A stretch of 43,749 bases of DNA from Octopus bimaculoides (Eukaryota), in contig NC_068993.1 in NCBI RefSeq assembly GCF_001194135.2, forward strand, positions 14,239,005 to 14,282,753, written 5' to 3'. The notes under the pieces are model-generated. The model did no database searches and was not told where the DNA came from. It was given only the letters and a program-made list of their open reading frames with translations. Each line of letters opens with the position of its first letter. Positions within the stretch are counted from its first letter, which is position 1. The position numbers and the translations under genes were made by a program. This document shows, piece after piece, positions 25,471 through 39,500 of this stretch.

Positions 25471-26794
25471 NNNNNNNNNNNNNNNNNNNNNNNNNNNNNN
25501 NNNNNNNNNNNNNNNNNNNNNNNNNNNNNNNNNNNNNNNNNNNNNNNNNNNNNNNNNNNNNNNNNNNNNNNNNNNNNNNNNNNNNNCTTGAAAGGAAGAC
25601 AAACATAAATAGACAGGTAAGTAGATAGATAGATAGAGAAATAAATAAATACATATGCGTATATTTATCAAAGATAATTTCTGTGTGTGTGCGTGCGTGT
25701 GTGTGTGTGTGTATGTGTGTGTGTGTGTGTATGTGTGTGTGTGTGTGTATGTGTGTGTGTGAATGTGCATAAATGTATTGCAGCCTTTTAAAATTAGGCT
25801 TTAAAATTTGTCATATCCGCACATATCAAACAATATACCTCCGCATATGTTATCAATAGACGAATTTCCTAAAACATATGCATATATATATGCCTGTGCA
25901 TGTACGTATAAAAATGCATTAAAGCAATTCAAATGAGTCATATCTACAAAGATGTACAACTATCCAAAACAAATACACACCTGTTCGCGTTTATGTATAT
26001 AATGTATATACGTATGTATGTATTTATGCATGTATATATGCATGTATGAATACATGCATGTAAGTATATATGTAAATATGTATGCATATGTGTACGCATG
26101 CATACATTATGTATGCATGTATGAATGAATGTGTGTTTGAATGTATATATGTACGTATATATATATATATATATATATATAGATGTGTGTACGTATGTAC
26201 GTATGCATGTATGTGTGTATGCCTGCATGTATTGATGTTTGTATTTACTAATGTTAATTTGCTTGTATATACCTATAATTATATTCATATCTCTGTATAT
26301 GTACGCGTATGAATGTTTTAAATTTTATTTATGACTAAATTATATTCTTTGAAGCAAAATTCACTTTTGCAACTTCCTAATTACCTATATACAGATTTAT
26401 ATATAAATGTGCATTTCTAGTTGTGTATATTTCTTTATTTACGCATGTGCATGTTATTATGAAGTAGCGTGTATTTTTAAGTGAATGTAACTCGTGTTTC
26501 TAGAAGTAAATATTTTACTCTAATATTCACCTGGCCTTCTATAGTTTCACATGTACAGACTATGCAGAAAATGCTTAATTTATTGTTTGTATCATATTTT
26601 ATTACTACTTTATTATAAATAGATACATATTAATTAGTAATATTTAATTTATTCTTTCGATCGCGTCTTAGCTGTGTGATTTTTTTGAATGATAAGTATT
26701 CCAGTATCTGAGCCACAGAACATTCTTCTCATTGCATTATATTGGAAATTATTGAGTATAAAGCATCAACATTCATTACTATATTCCGTATGCA

Positions 26795-26935
26795 CAAATT
26801 CCAGCGAAGTCGACTTTTCCTTTCATCCTTTCAGGGTCGATAAATCAAGTATTAGTTACGTACTTGGGTCGATCTAATCGACTGGCCTCCTTTCCCAAAA
26901 TTTCGAGCCTTGTAACTAAAATAGAAAATAATATC
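26795..26935 (+). mobile_element. SINE family A, 5'-truncated
   Basis: CAAATTCC..GTCGACTTTTCCTTTCATCCTTTCAGGGTCGATAAA...GGGTCGATCTAATCGACTGGCC...CCTTGTAACTAAAATAGAAAA. Confidence 0.9.
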
Positions 26936-29176
26936 ATTTTTAGAAAGTGACTTCAAACAGTCCATATCTTTGAGCTTCTCTTTGTAAAGGGATACATGTA
27001 CGCTAAATTGCGCCTCATAAGTTTAAAACAATGGCTTTCAAATTAAAATATGCATTGTATTTACATTCGCTATTATATATTAAGTGTTGACGCTTCTCGT
27101 ATGACTACTACACATTCATACATACACACATATGTATATATTATGTAACATTATGCTTTGTGTAATTATGTCGACTCTACGAGTCAAGTACAGGCATGAT
27201 AAATCTCAGTTACATTAGAGTGCCCCAGTAGGTTCCAAATCTGTTATTTTACCGAAATATGATGTAGGATCTGTTTCTTTCTAGTAATTTTAAAGTTTCT
27301 CAATAAGGATCTCTTGCAACAAATGAGCTAACTAAATTCTCCATCTCTAAGATCAGGTGATATGGGAGATCCGGTGCAAATGACAGACGTTTCTTATCTC
27401 CTACGGTCTATGTGTTTGCTTTTATATATCAAGGGCTGTATGAAAGGATTTTCATGGTTAATGACACGGTTTTCGTAGTTCTAACAAGTCCCTCATGTCA
27501 ATATGTTCGTAATAAATATTTAGAAATGTTTAGGAGTGGGATATATATTCAGCTGTCGTGAAATCACTTTTTCAGGTGACAAATCGTTGTACATTTATTA
27601 TCCTGTCGCGCATTATGTATATATGTGTATATTTGAGTATGTCTGTGCATTCTACTTATACACTTGAACTTGTACATGCACAAACGAAACGTACACGCAC
27701 AAACCAACACTTTGGGATACGGTGTAGAATACTCTAATCAAATTTATATTTCATTTTCTTTGGTAAACAAAACACAACATATGAAAACATAGGCACGCAC
27801 AAACACACACACACACAATCAAATACGCATACACACACACAAGAAGACATACACATGAACCAGGCTTACATATCTAATTAATCTACTCTTAAATAAGTTG
27901 TAGTATACAACATTTTTTTCTTTATTTTCCAAGTAAAAAAAAATTCTAGCGTTATCCTTGGTGAAGATGAAAGCAAACTCAGACATCCGGAAAACCTGAC
28001 CTTATTATATAAAATCTAGCTTCTTATTTGGAACAGCTAATATCATGAGCAGCAGCATTGACCTTTTCTTTGATATTTTCAACTGCTCTAAATATCTTTT
28101 TTTTTTTAAATTGTTTTGTGGCCCAGATATTACATGTATGTATTTTTATTATCCACCACGTCAGAGAAGAAAAAGTAAGTGTAAACCAGAAAAAAAAAAA
28201 ATTACAACACAAGAACGAACTAAGCTCTCATATTCCTTTTTGTCTGTAGTTGCTATAAATATAACAATTGAGGTTTTACACACACACACACACACACAAC
28301 GACAACAAGAACAACAACCACACACACACGCACGCACGCACACACGCACGCACACATACACACACAAACATGTATATATATATATNNNNNNNNNNNNNNN
28401 NNNNNNNNNNNNNNNNNNNNNNNNNNNNNNNNNNNNNNNNNNNNNNNNNNNNNNNNNNNNNNNNNNNNNNNNNNNNNNNNNNNNNNNNNNNNNNNNNNNN
28501 NNNNNNNNNNNNNNNNNNNNNNNNNNNNNNNNNNNNNNNNNNNNNNNNNNNNNNNNNNNNNNNNNNNNNNNNNNNNNNNNNNNNNNNNNNNNNNNNNNNN
28601 NNNNNNNNNNNNNNNNNNNNNNNNNNNNNNNNNNNNNNNNNNNNNNNNNNNNNNNNNNNNNNNNNNNNNNNNNNNNNNNNNNNNNNNNNNNNNNNNNNNN
28701 NNNNNNNNNNNNNNNNNNNNNNNNNNNNNNNNNNNNNNNNNNNNNNNNNNNNNNNNNNNNNNNNNNNNNNNNNNNNNNNNNNNNNNNNNNNNNNNNNNNN
28801 NNNNNNNNNNNNNNNNNNNNNNNNNNNNNNNNNNNNNNNNNNNNNNNNNNNNNNNNNNNNNNNNNNNNNNNNNNNNNNNNNNNNNNNNNNNNNNNNNNNN
28901 NNNNNNNNNNNNNNNNNNNNNNNNNNNNNNNNNNNNNNNNNNNNNNNNNNNNNNNNNNNNNNNNNNNNNNNNNNNNNNNNNNNNNNNNNNNNNNNNNNNN
29001 NNNNNNNNNNNNNNNNNNNNNNNNNNNNNNNNNNNNNNNNNNNNNNNNNNNNNNNNNNNNNNNNNNNNNNNNNNNNNNNNNNNNNNNNNNNNNNNNNNNN
29101 NNNNNNNNNNNNNNNNNNNNNNNNNNNNNNNNNNNNNNNNNNNNNNNNNNNNNNNNNNNNNNNNNNNNNNNNNNNN

Positions 29177-29217
<41 letters not shown>

Positions 29218-29581
29218 CTGTGTGTATGTGTGTGTATACGTATATATGAAATACATATATAAATGTATGCATGAGCATATATATGTGTGTGTATTTGCGT
29301 TACATTTCTATTTGTACGTCTGTGTGCGTATCTGTTTTGTATATCGGCAAATATGTATATATAGTATCTGCGTGTTAACTACAAGACGAAACACTTAACT
29401 GCCTGTATGTATTTGCGTTTCTTATGCATGGGTGTTCAAATAAATGTTTGTCCACCCATATCTCGCTCTCTCTCACTCTCTCTCTCTCCCTCAGTACATT
29501 TTCAAAAATGGTAAATACGCACACACATACACATATATGTATGTATATATATATATAATATTTTGTAGGGAAGACTGTGTA

Positions 29582-30155
29582 CTGTAAGCTTTTTTTTTTT
29601 ACCATGACGATCGTTTCGGCTTACATCTTCACTGCTCCCTTGTCGCTGGGAAACTTTGAAATGGAATCGAATCCACCTACAAATGCAGAAGGAACTTCAT
29701 CAAGGCACATAATACGTGACAGTGCTATTATAATATGAGGATTTCAATACTGTGTGGCAGGATGATGTTGGTACGATGCGTGCGTTTATAGTAGTTCGCA
29801 AATACATTAACAAGGCAGGAGGTTTGGCTTATTTTGAAGAAGTGGTGAGAAAAGAATGCAGAGAATAAACATTTTTGATTGTTTACATTTTATATCTACC
29901 ACTTCTCGAATACGTACCATACACCCTGCCTCCTTAATAGATCTGCGAACTACTATAAACGCACGCATTATATCAGCACCATCCTGCCACACAGAGTAAC
30001 AAAATGTACATATTAGGACATTAACGAATTATGTAACCTACTGAAATTTCGACTGCACTGTGGGGTGCATTCGATTCCATTATATCGTTCCCTACTCACA
30101 ATAGAATAGTGCCGATATAAGCCGAAACGACCGTCATGGTAAACAAAGCTTACAT
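29582..30155. mobile_element. 574-bp fold-back (whole-length palindromic) MITE-like element with TA target duplication
   Basis: TA(29580-81)|CTGTAAGCTT...AAGCTTACAT|TA(30156-57). The arms are complementary along their full length about a centre near 29870, including a 25-bp perfect match of 29776-29800 with 29944-29968. Confidence 0.85.
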
Positions 30156-30990
30156 TAGCCTCAGTCTGCCATCTCAATTATTTAAAATATACTAAACTTT
30201 CACCGTGGAATTCCTTAAGTAGATCCTGCAACTAAATTACTGTACCGCGGATGACGTCTGGTAGCTGTATGTGGTGAACGTTCTCTCAAAGCACACTACT
30301 AGGTAATACCTAAAACAAGGTTTGGATACTACGTTTGGATGTCTGTCAACACTTTAATATTAGACGTAACATATATATGCACACACACGCGGGCGCACAT
30401 ACATACATATATGAAATATANNNNNNNNNNNNNNNNNNNNNNNNNNNNNNNNNNNNNNNNNNNNNNNNNNNNNNNNNNNNNNNNNNNNNNNNNNNNNNNN
30501 NNNNNNNNNNNNNNNNNNNNNNNNNNNNNNNNNNNNNNNNNNNNNNNNNNNNNNNNNNNNNNNNNNNNNNNNNNNNNNNNNNNNNNNNNNNNNNNNNNNN
30601 NNNNNNNNNNNNNNNNNNNNNNNNNNNNNNNNNNNNNNNNNNNNNNNNNNNNNNNNNNNNNNNNNNNNNNNNNNNNNNNNNNNNNNNNNNNNNNNNNNNN
30701 NNNNNNNNNNNNNNNNNNNNNNNNNNNNNNNNNNNNNNNNNNNNNNNNNNNNNNNNNNNNNNNNNNNNNNNNNNNNNNNNNNNATTACACGCTACAAACG
30801 TGCCTTCCAAAGAAATGCTGTAAACAGTGCAATTGAGCTAGAGCGTTAAAACTTCGTGCGCCTGTACAGCAGCTTTCAAAATCAATATGCGCCAAGCGGC
30901 TTCACTCTGCGTGCTGTAGCGTCATTACTAAGCCAACAGTCCTGATACTTATTGATCAGACTACGTATATACATGTATCTCTGGATTATA

Positions 30991-31033
<43 letters not shown>

Positions 31034-32199
31034 TGTGTGTCTGTGTGTCTGTATATATATATATTACTTTGTATATTTGCTTTCTATTGTGTTATCCTAC
31101 TGTAGATTAAGAACGAATATAATCAGATTCGTATCTGGTTTTGGTGCGTGGAAAGGATCTCCTGACAGGAATTTTCACGGTTTGTTAACCTTTCCACAGA
31201 GTACATTAATCAGCTTACCTCATTAATGAACAGGAGAGTTACGCCGCTTATTAACAGCTACAAATCAGAACAATGCATGAGGGAATAACCTGTCTTGTAT
31301 TGCTATATTTTCAAAATGTTAAATTTTACGGATGTGTGTATGTACACCAGTATGTTGGTGGGTGTGCATGTAATATATGTATATGTGTGCGTGTAAGTGT
31401 GTGCACATCGCTGTGTATATAAATATGTGTGTGTATGTTCGTGTGTGTGTCTATAAATGTGTACGTGTCTGTTTAAATCGTATCTAATATATATATATAT
31501 ATAATATAAATAATATATGTATATATATATATATATATATATNNNNNNNNNNNNNNNNNNNNNNNNNNNNNNNNNNNNNNNNNNNNNNNNNNNNNNNNNN
31601 NNNNNNNNNNNNNNNNNNNNNNNNNNNNNNNNNNNNNNNNNNNNNNNNNNNNNNNNNNNNNNNNNNNNNNNNNNNNNNNNNNNNNNNNNNNNNNNNNNNN
31701 NNNNNNNNNNNNNNNNNNNNNNNNNNNNNNNNNNNNNNNNNNNNNNNNNNNNNNNNNNNNNNNNNNNNNNNNNNNNNNNNNNNNNNNNNNNNNNNNNNNN
31801 NNNNNNNNNNNNNNNNNNNNNNNNNNNNNNNNNNNNNNNNNNNTATATATATGCATATGCATATGTGGGCACAGGACGAACGTGTACAACGAAAGACATG
31901 GAACATAAAATATTCTTTTTATCAACGAAAGACACAAATGGAAAACAAAACAAACATAAAGAACGACCTTTCATCAGTTGCTGGCTGTTTTTCTAGTCTC
32001 GTATTTCGAGCATTTAACAACAATGTACGCTTTCGATAGAACAGTTACTCCTGCAAAGCAAATTAAATTAAATTTTCGATTTTGCGGAGGGTCAAAATAG
32101 GTAGCACAAACAGGACAGTGAAAACAAATAGGAAGGGCTGCTAAGCCTAAACGAGGTTATAGTGGCGAACGCGTAAATGAAGCTAGGACAGGGGACAAG

Positions 32200-32480
32200 C
32201 ATGCAATCGTATAAATTTTCCGAGAACCAATTCTGATTCTTTTCGGAGTTACGGTAAGCTGTCGAATTCTTCTGCCGCACATATAGCCTTCAAGCAGCAA
32301 CCGTTCCCATCCATGGTTTGAACACAATTTTCAGCAGCTTCGTATAATTGTCTGATTCGAGCTTAAGGCCATGCTGATCCGTTCTTGGTAGAATTCTGGC
32401 ATGCGGACGCAGAATGCCTACTGTGTCCCTCTCCGCTAGCCATAGCTTCGTAATTTCAATTGCATCTTTCCTTCCAACGC
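32200..32480 (-). mobile_element. Second decayed DD37D/maT-like transposase fragment
   Basis: HGLKLESDNYTKLLKIVFKPWMGTVAA*RLYVRQKNSTAYRNSEKNQNWFSENLYD is colinear with the KP...PYVFQ.DSA...TQEW region of the 13.9-kb remnant. Confidence 0.65.
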
Positions 32481-33285
32481 CTTCCAATCTTTACGCTATT
32501 CACGGAGCATTGAGCAGCAGTCATGACTTCGTCACATAGATATCCAGAGGGAATAACCATGATACAAGTAACTCTTATTCAATATTCTGAAGTCTTCTAG
32601 TACTCTCTATCGGATAACTTTTTCGCAACTCTAAATTAAATCTATTTTCTCCATATCACTGTTGACTAATCGCAAAAATTGTTCCTCACAAAGTGAAACA
32701 CAAATAGTTGTTGAATATAGCCCAAACATCCTATATATTGATCAGATTTTTGTGACACATAAATTCGACATATATTAAAACGTATCTCTTAGTCATTGAC
32801 ATATTTAGCTTCTAAACCTTTCAATGTATCATGGGAAAGAGTGCATCATGTTTATACTTGTTTATTCCAGATGTTTAATATTTTTATGAACTAACTGAAG
32901 CGCGTGAAGAACATCTGCATACTATACATATCCAGCGCGATAAATTTACTCATCCATGGCAAGAAACGGGTTTCATTTATGTAGATTTATTTATTTATTT
33001 ATTTAATAGTGCAACGACAATATTTTGCAGAAGATTTTTTTACTTTCTTAACTGTGTACATTAATTAGTATATTAGGTGAAGAGAAAATCAATTTACAGG
33101 CATAGACATATAGAAAATGCACTAATCTAGACAATTGTGTTCCAAAAAGAAATCGTAACTTCAAAAATACAGACTTTGATATCAACATTCCGAGAAGATG
33201 CCGAGCAAAGCCGTGTTCTAGGTTCTATTCTCAAAATATATATCGATCGTTGTGATGCGTATATATAAAGATATGCATACATACA

Positions 33286-33319
<34 letters not shown>

Positions 33320-33719
33320 CAAATATATACAAATATATATATATATATATATACATATATATATAAGATNNNNNNNNNNNNNNNNNNNNNNNNNNNNNNN
33401 NNNNNNNNNNNNNNNNNNNNNNNNNNNNNNNNNNNNNNNNNNNNNNNNNNNNNNNNNNNNNNNNNNNNNNNNNNNNNNNNNNNNNNNNNNNNNNNNNNNN
33501 NNNNNNNNNNNNNNNNNNNNNNNNNNNNNNNNNNNNNNNNNNNNNNNNNNNNNNNNNNNNNNNNNNNNNNNNNNNNNNNNNNNNNNNNNNNNNNNNNNNN
33601 NNNNNNNNNNNNNNNNNNNNNNNNNNNNNNNNNNNNNNNNNNNNNNNNNNNNNNNNNNNNNNNNATATATATATATATATATATACATATATGTACACAT
33701 ACATATATATATACGTATA

Positions 33720-33895
33720 TATTCTTTTATTCTTTTACTTGTTTCAGTCAGGACATATTCTTTGTAAACTTAGTACTTATTCTGTCCTCTCTCTTGCCTA
33801 ACCACTAAGTTACTGGGGCGTAAACACATCAACATCGGTTTTCAGGCGATGATGGGCGTTGAGAAACAAACACAGACACAGACACAAATATATAC
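33720..33895. mobile_element. Dispersed SINE-like repeat (family D), internally deleted copy
   Basis: TTCTTTTACTTGTTTCAGTCA...TAGTACTTATTCT...CTAAGTTACTGGGGCGTAAACACATCAACATCGGTT...AAACACAGACAC. Shares its end with 13200-13310. Recognised from memory as an abundant octopus repeat. Confidence 0.7.
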
Positions 33896-34571
33896 ATAAC
33901 CAGTTAATTTTTGAAAGAAAACTAGATCAGTTGTATGGGTGCCGTTGTATCTGCGTTTATCCCTCTCAAACTTTATAACGATCGCTGTGGATTTTATTTA
34001 CGTCACCATAACTTAGCAGTTTAATGATCGGCAAAGCCGGAGAGAATGCGTACAAGACGTAATGAAATATATAGTGAAATCGATGTATTCGATTAAAACA
34101 CTTCCGTGCGGTGTTCAATCTTGGCCGTAGTCCAATGAGTAAAAGAAACAAGAATAAATGGTAAAATATATATTTAACTTCGCTTTTGGTTTACTTAAAT
34201 CCAAATTTCTTGAAATTTCCCATATGAACACGTTTGACCTAACTCTCAACAATTTCACAGACAAATACCGCTAAGGAAACGGATATTTGACGTAAACCAT
34301 ATATTATAAGATATTTTAGTTTTGTCTTTTGTTTCGGGAGCCATGCACTTGAACTATTCATATTTTACATGATTGAACTTTTGACCTCGTAACACATGAT
34401 AATTTTTAGATAATTCTGACTCGTTTACACTCTCCGCCTTTCATTTCAATTTAGTCCTTACATATATCAAGTGAGTAATATTTCACTACGAAGCACATTT
34501 GATAGGAAATGTCATCTTGCTCAGCAGGAAAATAAACCTGCTGAAATTTATTTAGATTTAAAAAAGAGAAC

Positions 34572-34662
<91 letters not shown>
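34572..34662. repeat. (CA)n microsatellite
   Basis: Directly visible. Confidence 0.95.
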
Positions 34663-35954
34663 GCGAAGGTATGTATATATGCGTTTGAAGATGGAAGAGT
34701 GAGTAAGTGCAATGCCATAAAATGTAAATTGCGTTGATTTATGATGTCTCAAGTTGTGACATGATTGCTGAAGTTAATCTATGTCTACATTTTTAAGTTC
34801 GTATTTTCTTATATGTTTATATGGTCGAAAAATAACTTGAGAACGAAACTTGTATGAAATATGTGCATATATGTTTGTGTGTAAATATGTATGCATGTGC
34901 ATGTGAACGGCTAGATGAATGGGTAGACGTATGCATATATGAATATATGCAAATACATACACATGCACACATGCACAAATATATAAATTTTCACATCCAC
35001 ACGTGAACGTTGAAAAGGATTTCTCCGTATGCGAGCATCGCAGTATGGCTATGAAGTATTATTTGCATACGTGAGATACTTTTTTTCCGAACTATAGCAT
35101 AGCAATTTGGGTATATGTCCCACCACTGCATCCCTACCTTCCTGAAATTGGGTGCGAAATTTTTAATACAATGTAATGTCGATGCGCATATGCACATGCA
35201 TGCTTATAGATAGAAACATACGTACGTACGCACGCACCCACGCACGCACGCTCACCTACATACAAACACATACATAAATATATACAAATACATATATATA
35301 TATATGTGCATGTGTGTCTGTGTGGTACGTGTGTATATCAGACGTATTACATGAATGTGAAACAAGATGGGAAAAATAGTACTCGAATACTGGAGGTAGA
35401 GTTATATGCTTTATTATTAAAGCTACAAAAAACATTACAAAAATATCAAAGGATCCCATTCTCAATCCGAACTGTCTGACAAACGAAAACGTGAAACTCT
35501 GAGTATCAGTATTTTGTGATAGTTTTCTGAAGTTTTGCAGCATTAATAAAAGAGTATATATATATATATATATATATATACATACACATTAATAGTATTG
35601 GTAAGGCAACAAAAGAATAAAAGAGACCTCGACATTATGTAAATAGAGGAATTTGTCTGTAATATATTTTGATTGCCTCGATAACTGAAGAGATGCCAGA
35701 GCAGGTTTCCGCCCCGACATCCGAAACTCTGAATCTTATTATTTGCAACCGAATAATTGTCACATATTATATTACAGATATACATCTGGCCGACAACACA
35801 TTTTTCTGCAAAATAGGGTAGCTTATCCTGTTCACGCTATATTATTAGCATTATCCTGCATTTGAGAATTTAAAATTACTTCTTTAACTTTCTAAGACAT
35901 CTCAACACTTCTAAATGCAAACTTCGTTTGTTTGTTTACGTTCATCGTAATTTG

Positions 35955-35955
35955 A

Positions 35956-36050
<95 letters not shown>

Positions 36051-36097
36051 TTTCTATCTATCTATCTAACTATATATATATATATATCTATCTATAT
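35955..36097. repeat. (TCTA)n-(TA)n compound microsatellite
   Basis: Directly visible. Confidence 0.95.
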
Positions 36098-37124
36098 NNN
36101 NNNNNNNNNNNNNNNNNNNNNNNNNNNNNNNNNNNNNNTATATATATATATATATATATATCTGTATACATATATATACGAGTATATATATATTTATTTA
36201 TTTATATATATATGTAATAGAACAAGTGTTTGTGACTTCACGCGTCTGTCTATGACATTGCTGTGTAAATAGGGAGAAAAGGAGTCGTCTAGGAATGGTA
36301 TGTCCTGTGTGGGGACTCGATCGGATGAGTGATGTATTCTGAAGAGGTGAATGTCGTACCACGAGCAATGTATGCTGTAACATTCGTCTCTTTATTCCAT
36401 TTCTTGTACAGAAAAGTGTTGGTCAACTAGTTCCGTGGAATAAGCGACATGACCAACATTCACCTCACAGTGCATATGCACTTCACACATTGTCAGATAA
36501 ATTTAAAGGGTAACTAGTAAATATATCTTTCTGAGCTAAATAACCTGCAATGAATATAAATTATTCATTGGTCTATTTATCCTCGGATTTAGCTGTGTGC
36601 ATTCAAATAATTCAAAATTCCTGAGACGCGCAGACTGTATCGATCAATCTAATAACTTTATATTTCAGGTTCCGACGTATCTATCAATAAGTAATCGCTT
36701 CTATATCAAATTAGAAAGGCTATCTGATTAAATTACGTAATATCTCTTCTCGCCATACTGTTGGTAAAAGGTGTATTTAGCACTCTGCTAAACTACTCGT
36801 TAAACGTTCAGCCACTATCTTGCTTTGAGTTGAAGCAACTGCTCAATCGAAAATTCTTGCTTGGTTTTTGACACCATATTCGCTCACCCATTTGCAGTGT
36901 TCAATATTTAATTTATTTAAATTAACTCTTTCATTTCAAGTTCACAAATTCTAACCAGCTGAATATTTATTTCAAAGATAGGCAGTAAAGATAAGTTTTT
37001 ATTGTAGAGCGTAGGATTATAATTCACCTGATCGATCACTTTCGCTCTCGGCATCGATATAAAAAGGTAACTACAAACGATTAAACGGAATAACGAAAGG
37101 AATAGTGTTTGTACCTCTGATGTT

Positions 37125-37142
37125 AGTGATGATGATGATGAC

Positions 37143-37209
<67 letters not shown>

Positions 37210-37239
37210 GTGGTGGTTGTGGTGGTGGTGATGATTATA

Positions 37240-37271
<32 letters not shown>

Positions 37272-37442
37272 GAGGTGGAGGAGAGGAAGGTGAAATAGGA
37301 GTAGGAGGAAGGTGGTAGTGGAGGGAGAGATGGAGGAAGAGGAGGAGAAGGAGGACGGTGGAGGAGGAAGAGGTGAAGGAGGAGTAGATGGAGAAGGAGG
37401 GAGGCAAGTCCAGTAGTGATTGCACTGGTAGTGGTGACGATA

Positions 37443-37488
<46 letters not shown>

Positions 37489-37880
37489 GGGTGATGACAA
37501 TGATCATGATCATGATGGTCATGATGATGGTTTATTTTAAATTATGATTATTCTGATGATAATGATAGTCATGATACCGACGCTGCTGATGAGGATGGTG
37601 ATGATACTGCTATTGCTGCTGCTGATAAAGGCACAGCGACGACGCCAACGACGACGACGATGATGCCGAAGACAGTGATACGGACGACGTCGACGTTGAC
37701 GACGACGATGACTGCCGAGATGTTGATGATAATGATGAATCGAACAGCAATCACAAAGTAGACGATGAGAACATCGAAGACAACGACACACACCTCCACC
37801 GCCACCGCCACCGCCACCACCACCATCACCAACACCACCACCATCACCAACACCATCACGATGATTGCTGTGGTGGTAGT
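37125..37880. repeat. Long compound trinucleotide low-complexity tract: (GAT)n, (GGT), (GGA), (GAT), (GAC), (CAC/CCA)
   Basis: Directly visible successive motif blocks. Confidence 0.93.
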
Positions 37881-38919
37881 AGCGGAAATGCCTCTGTTGT
37901 TGGTAATGAAGAGAGTAATGTTTTGCTCAGAGTCGTATTTAATGTGTTATTAGCATTTGAGAGAATTTTAAACATTCTCCTCTAAGTTATGATACATTAA
38001 TATGGTTAATTTTCCTATGTTAGTAATTTTTTCTTCTCGTTTCAATGTCCACAGTTAATTAAGGTTCATCTGTGCTATGATACAATTAGTCCTAATTTAA
38101 TATAATTACCTTACGCGTGTGTATTTGAGTATGTCTATAACATGCCTCTCTGTGATTCGTTTATTACATCATGCTAATGCAGGTGTTTGCATATTATTAC
38201 GTGACACATGTTGAAATATCAACCGAAGTAAATAGATTGCTAATAAAGGCATCTGAAGAAGCAGTCTTGATTACTCAGCATAATTTCCGTTATTAAAAGA
38301 AAAAATAAATAATAACTGCGTCAATTTATATAGTTTTACTAAATGATATAGGAAGTTATTAATTCAATTAATGTGGGTTTCATACTCGCTAACCCATTAT
38401 ATTTACGATTTTCTCTGAAATTTTTACATTAAAATAATCTGATTTATATTGTTAATTTTGAAATACATTATGGCTGCTTTTGGCAATTAATTATCGGAAG
38501 AAATATAATTTCCTTGTATATGCAATATAAAACAGTTTTCCTTTTCATTTTGTTTGTTGTATAGCAAAACCAATTGTTTAGGATCGAGCTGGCCTTCAAG
38601 GTCAGTGATAGGTTTTGATGTTTTAAGCACCCCTTAATTTCTTCATAATTAGCTCTTGGTTTTTGCCTGGAGATGACAATCTAGTCTTCCGGCAAAGATA
38701 TATTCAACGCGTTACCACGTCATTTACTACATAAATAGAGGCTTTTTATGAAATACACTTCAAAGTCTCAGATATGAACATGAGCACATATACATACGCA
38801 TGAATGAATACACAAGAACACAGAGCCAAGAAGTGTAGAGTAGATGTGTAAACATTGATTTAAAGGTGATTTCATAGGAAATGAAGGTGAGTGCATTTCA
38901 AAATTCATTCTCTCTCATT

Positions 38920-38963
38920 TTTCTCTCTCATTCTCTTCCCGTCTCTCTATCTCCCTCACTTTT

Positions 38964-39015
<52 letters not shown>

Positions 39016-39060
39016 CTATCTCTCTCTCTCTCTCCCTCTCTTTCTTTCTGTTTCTCTCTC
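38920..39060. repeat. (CT)n microsatellite
   Basis: Directly visible. Confidence 0.95.
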
Positions 39061-39111
39061 ATGACTTTTAGTGTTTGCATTAGAGTACTACTTCCTGTGG
39101 ATATGGTGTGC

Positions 39112-39500
39112 TTGTTGTTGGCACTCCGTCGCTTACGACGTCGAGGGTTCCAGTTGATCCGATTAACGGAACAGCCTGCTCGTGAAATTAACGTGCAAGT
39201 GGCGGAGCACTCCACAGACACGTGTACCCTTAACGTAGTTCTCGGGGATATTCAGCGTGACACAGAGTGTGACAAGGCCGACCCTTTGAATTACCGGCAC
39301 AACAGAAACAGGAAGTAAGAGTGAGAGAAAGTTGTGGTGAAAGAGTACAGCAGGGTTCGCCACCATCCCCTGCCGGAGCCTCGTGAAGCTTTAGGTGTTT
39401 TCGCTCAATAAACACTTACAACACTCGGTCTGGGAATCGAAACCGCGATTCTATGACCACGAGTCCGCTACCCTAACCACTGGGCCATTGCACCTCCACA
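39112..39500 (-). mobile_element. Full-length tRNA-derived SINE (family C) with 13-bp target-site duplication
   Basis: Minus-strand A box TGGCCCAGTGG (39477-39487), B box GGTTTCGATTCCC (39432-39444) and (CAA)n tail. Flanked by GGATATGGTGTGC (39099-39111) and GGACATGGTGTGC (39501-39513). Confidence 0.92.

Noticed and set aside
27350-27400. Possible next Cys-loop exon (Y-QVIWE)
   Set aside because: Stop after 9 codons; it needs a frameshift and the W spacing is wrong.
29605-29632. GAAAC-GATC-GTC half-hammerhead motif in both arms of the fold-back element
   Set aside because: The CUGANGA core is absent in both arms (GTGAAGA, GTGCCGA) and stems I/II do not form.
35685-35735. CTGAAGA-GATG...CATC-C-GAAAC hammerhead-like pattern
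   Set aside because: No GUH after stem III and stem II is out of register.
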